Source: Adineta vaga (Eukaryota > Animalia > Rotifera). From it: a stretch of DNA of 64,000 nucleotides. The notes under the pieces were generated by a model. That model was not told the origin of the DNA. It searched no databases and worked only from the letters and a program-made list of their open reading frames with translations. A program made the translations under genes and the position numbers. The DNA lies in assembly GCA_021613535.1 (NCBI GenBank), contig CP075492.1, forward strand, positions 14,508,001 to 14,572,000, written 5' to 3'. Of this stretch, positions 62,925-64,000 are shown piece after piece (the stretch's first letter is position 1; every line of letters starts with the position of its first letter).

Positions 62925-64000
62925 TTATTTTGTTTGAAGAATATTATCCTCACATTCACATAAACGATAACTATTATGATAATAATAATAACCACGTCCA
63001 CAACTATAATTGCTCGCAGTACAAGTAGTATTTTGACGTCGTTTATAAGTCTTGCTCCCCGATGAACCATGTGAACACCAGCACCAATCACGACAGAAAC
63101 CACATCTAATACAAGCACGTCCATGACAGTCAAGTTTTCGATTAGAATAAAGTAATTCATTTGATGTCGTGATTTGTGGTCCTTTACTCTGTTTTATCAA
63201 TAATTCTGTTGTTGTAGTTGTTTTATGTATCTTTCGATTGAGATCGAATGGCTCGGCAAGCAATTTAAAAGGTGGTTGAATTTCACGAAGTTGAATCATA
63301 TATAGACCTGGAGCTGGATTAAAATTACTAATTACTTCAAGGTATAGACCCGGTGGAAGAAGAATTTCATCTTCATGTTGATAATGCGAATGTGATCGAA
63401 TAATCTTACCACTATTAGTTTCAATATGAAACATAGTTCTAACGCCTGAAGTTCCCACATAATATGGATACTGGAGTACTTGCAATGAAGCAGTACAAGA
63501 ACTTACTGACCACCAAGTTACTTTTTTTCCTGTTGGATAGAGATCATTTAAATTTTCAGGAACGCCACGATAAACAGTTCTACGTTCTGTTGACCTAAAA
63601 AACAATTACTAAAATTATTTGACAGGTCATATTCGTTTTTTCAAATTACGGTAATTTGAAGAAGGCGGTGAGAAATAACTTCAGATATTTAAACCATGGC
63701 CGTAATTTACTACGATCAGGCAAGCGTAATGTTCGATTCAATACTGCATAGAGACTATTTTCATGTACTTTCCATTCCATAGTATAGAGATGGATGGAAG
63801 CAGATTCATCTACATTAAGACCATCTTTTGGTTCTATCGAATTGATTTTTGCAATCATAATATTCTGTTTCAATTCGCTGTCGAGTATGTTCTCCAATGG
63901 TTGACATGCCTCTTCCAGAGATACAAGTTGTTCTTCCTCGTAACCAGATATAGGCTGAAGCATTTGCTTTGGTTCATCACGAAAACTCATGATTAATCGT
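62925..64000 (-). CDS. ART-family ADP-ribosyltransferase with a C-terminal Cys-rich domain; 5' end probably outside the window
   Basis: SIHLYTMEW...SLYAVLNRTLR...WFKYLKLFLTA|...TVYRG...WWSVSSCT...HEDEILL, then CHGRACIRCGFCRDW...CEC. Confidence 0.85.

Noticed and set aside
1-64000. Bacterial contamination or a ciliate genetic code
   Set aside because: Foreign-type genes are interleaved with spliced metazoan genes at similar composition, and TAA/TAG act as stops
1-64000. tRNA/rRNA genes, autonomous transposases or reverse transcriptases
   Set aside because: None recognised by eye; tRNAscan-SE, Infernal and a repeat search would be needed to exclude them

Overview
AT-rich eukaryotic DNA with dense genes, short (mostly ~50-70 nt) GT-AG introns and the standard genetic code. 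The mix of metazoan genes (Slo-family K+ channel, trypsin, GPCR, TSP1/mucin, NIDO-AMOP-VWD, TMEM272-like, eRF3) with many genes of bacterial/fungal/plant-like families and several ADP-ribosyltransferases (ARTs) points to a bdelloid rotifer such as Adineta; this is an inference. About 28 intact or near-intact genes, at least 4 pseudogene relics and 2 MITE-like elements are readable. Highlights: (1) a defence-flavoured neighbourhood with two mosaic ankyrin-ART paralogs, a third ART, an ART relic, an intact TIR and a decayed one, an AIG1-type GTPase fused to an RBR-Rcat-like Cys module, a secreted M15/LAS-type peptidase and a toxin-like mini-sPLA2; (2) a co-oriented run of foreign-type enzymes (Zn-ADH, UbiA prenyltransferase, GH3 acyl-amido synthetase, CYP86-clan-like P450) that could be a biosynthetic cluster; (3) altered copies of core genes: a BK-like channel lacking the R213 charge, D367 and the calcium bowl, and an eRF3 paralog with a P-loop D>N change; (4) two microgenes missed by the ORF track: a 49-aa Cys-rich CaaX protein and a DUF4177-like ORF with an in-frame TGA. 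Family assignments come from motif recognition by eye; no searches were run.
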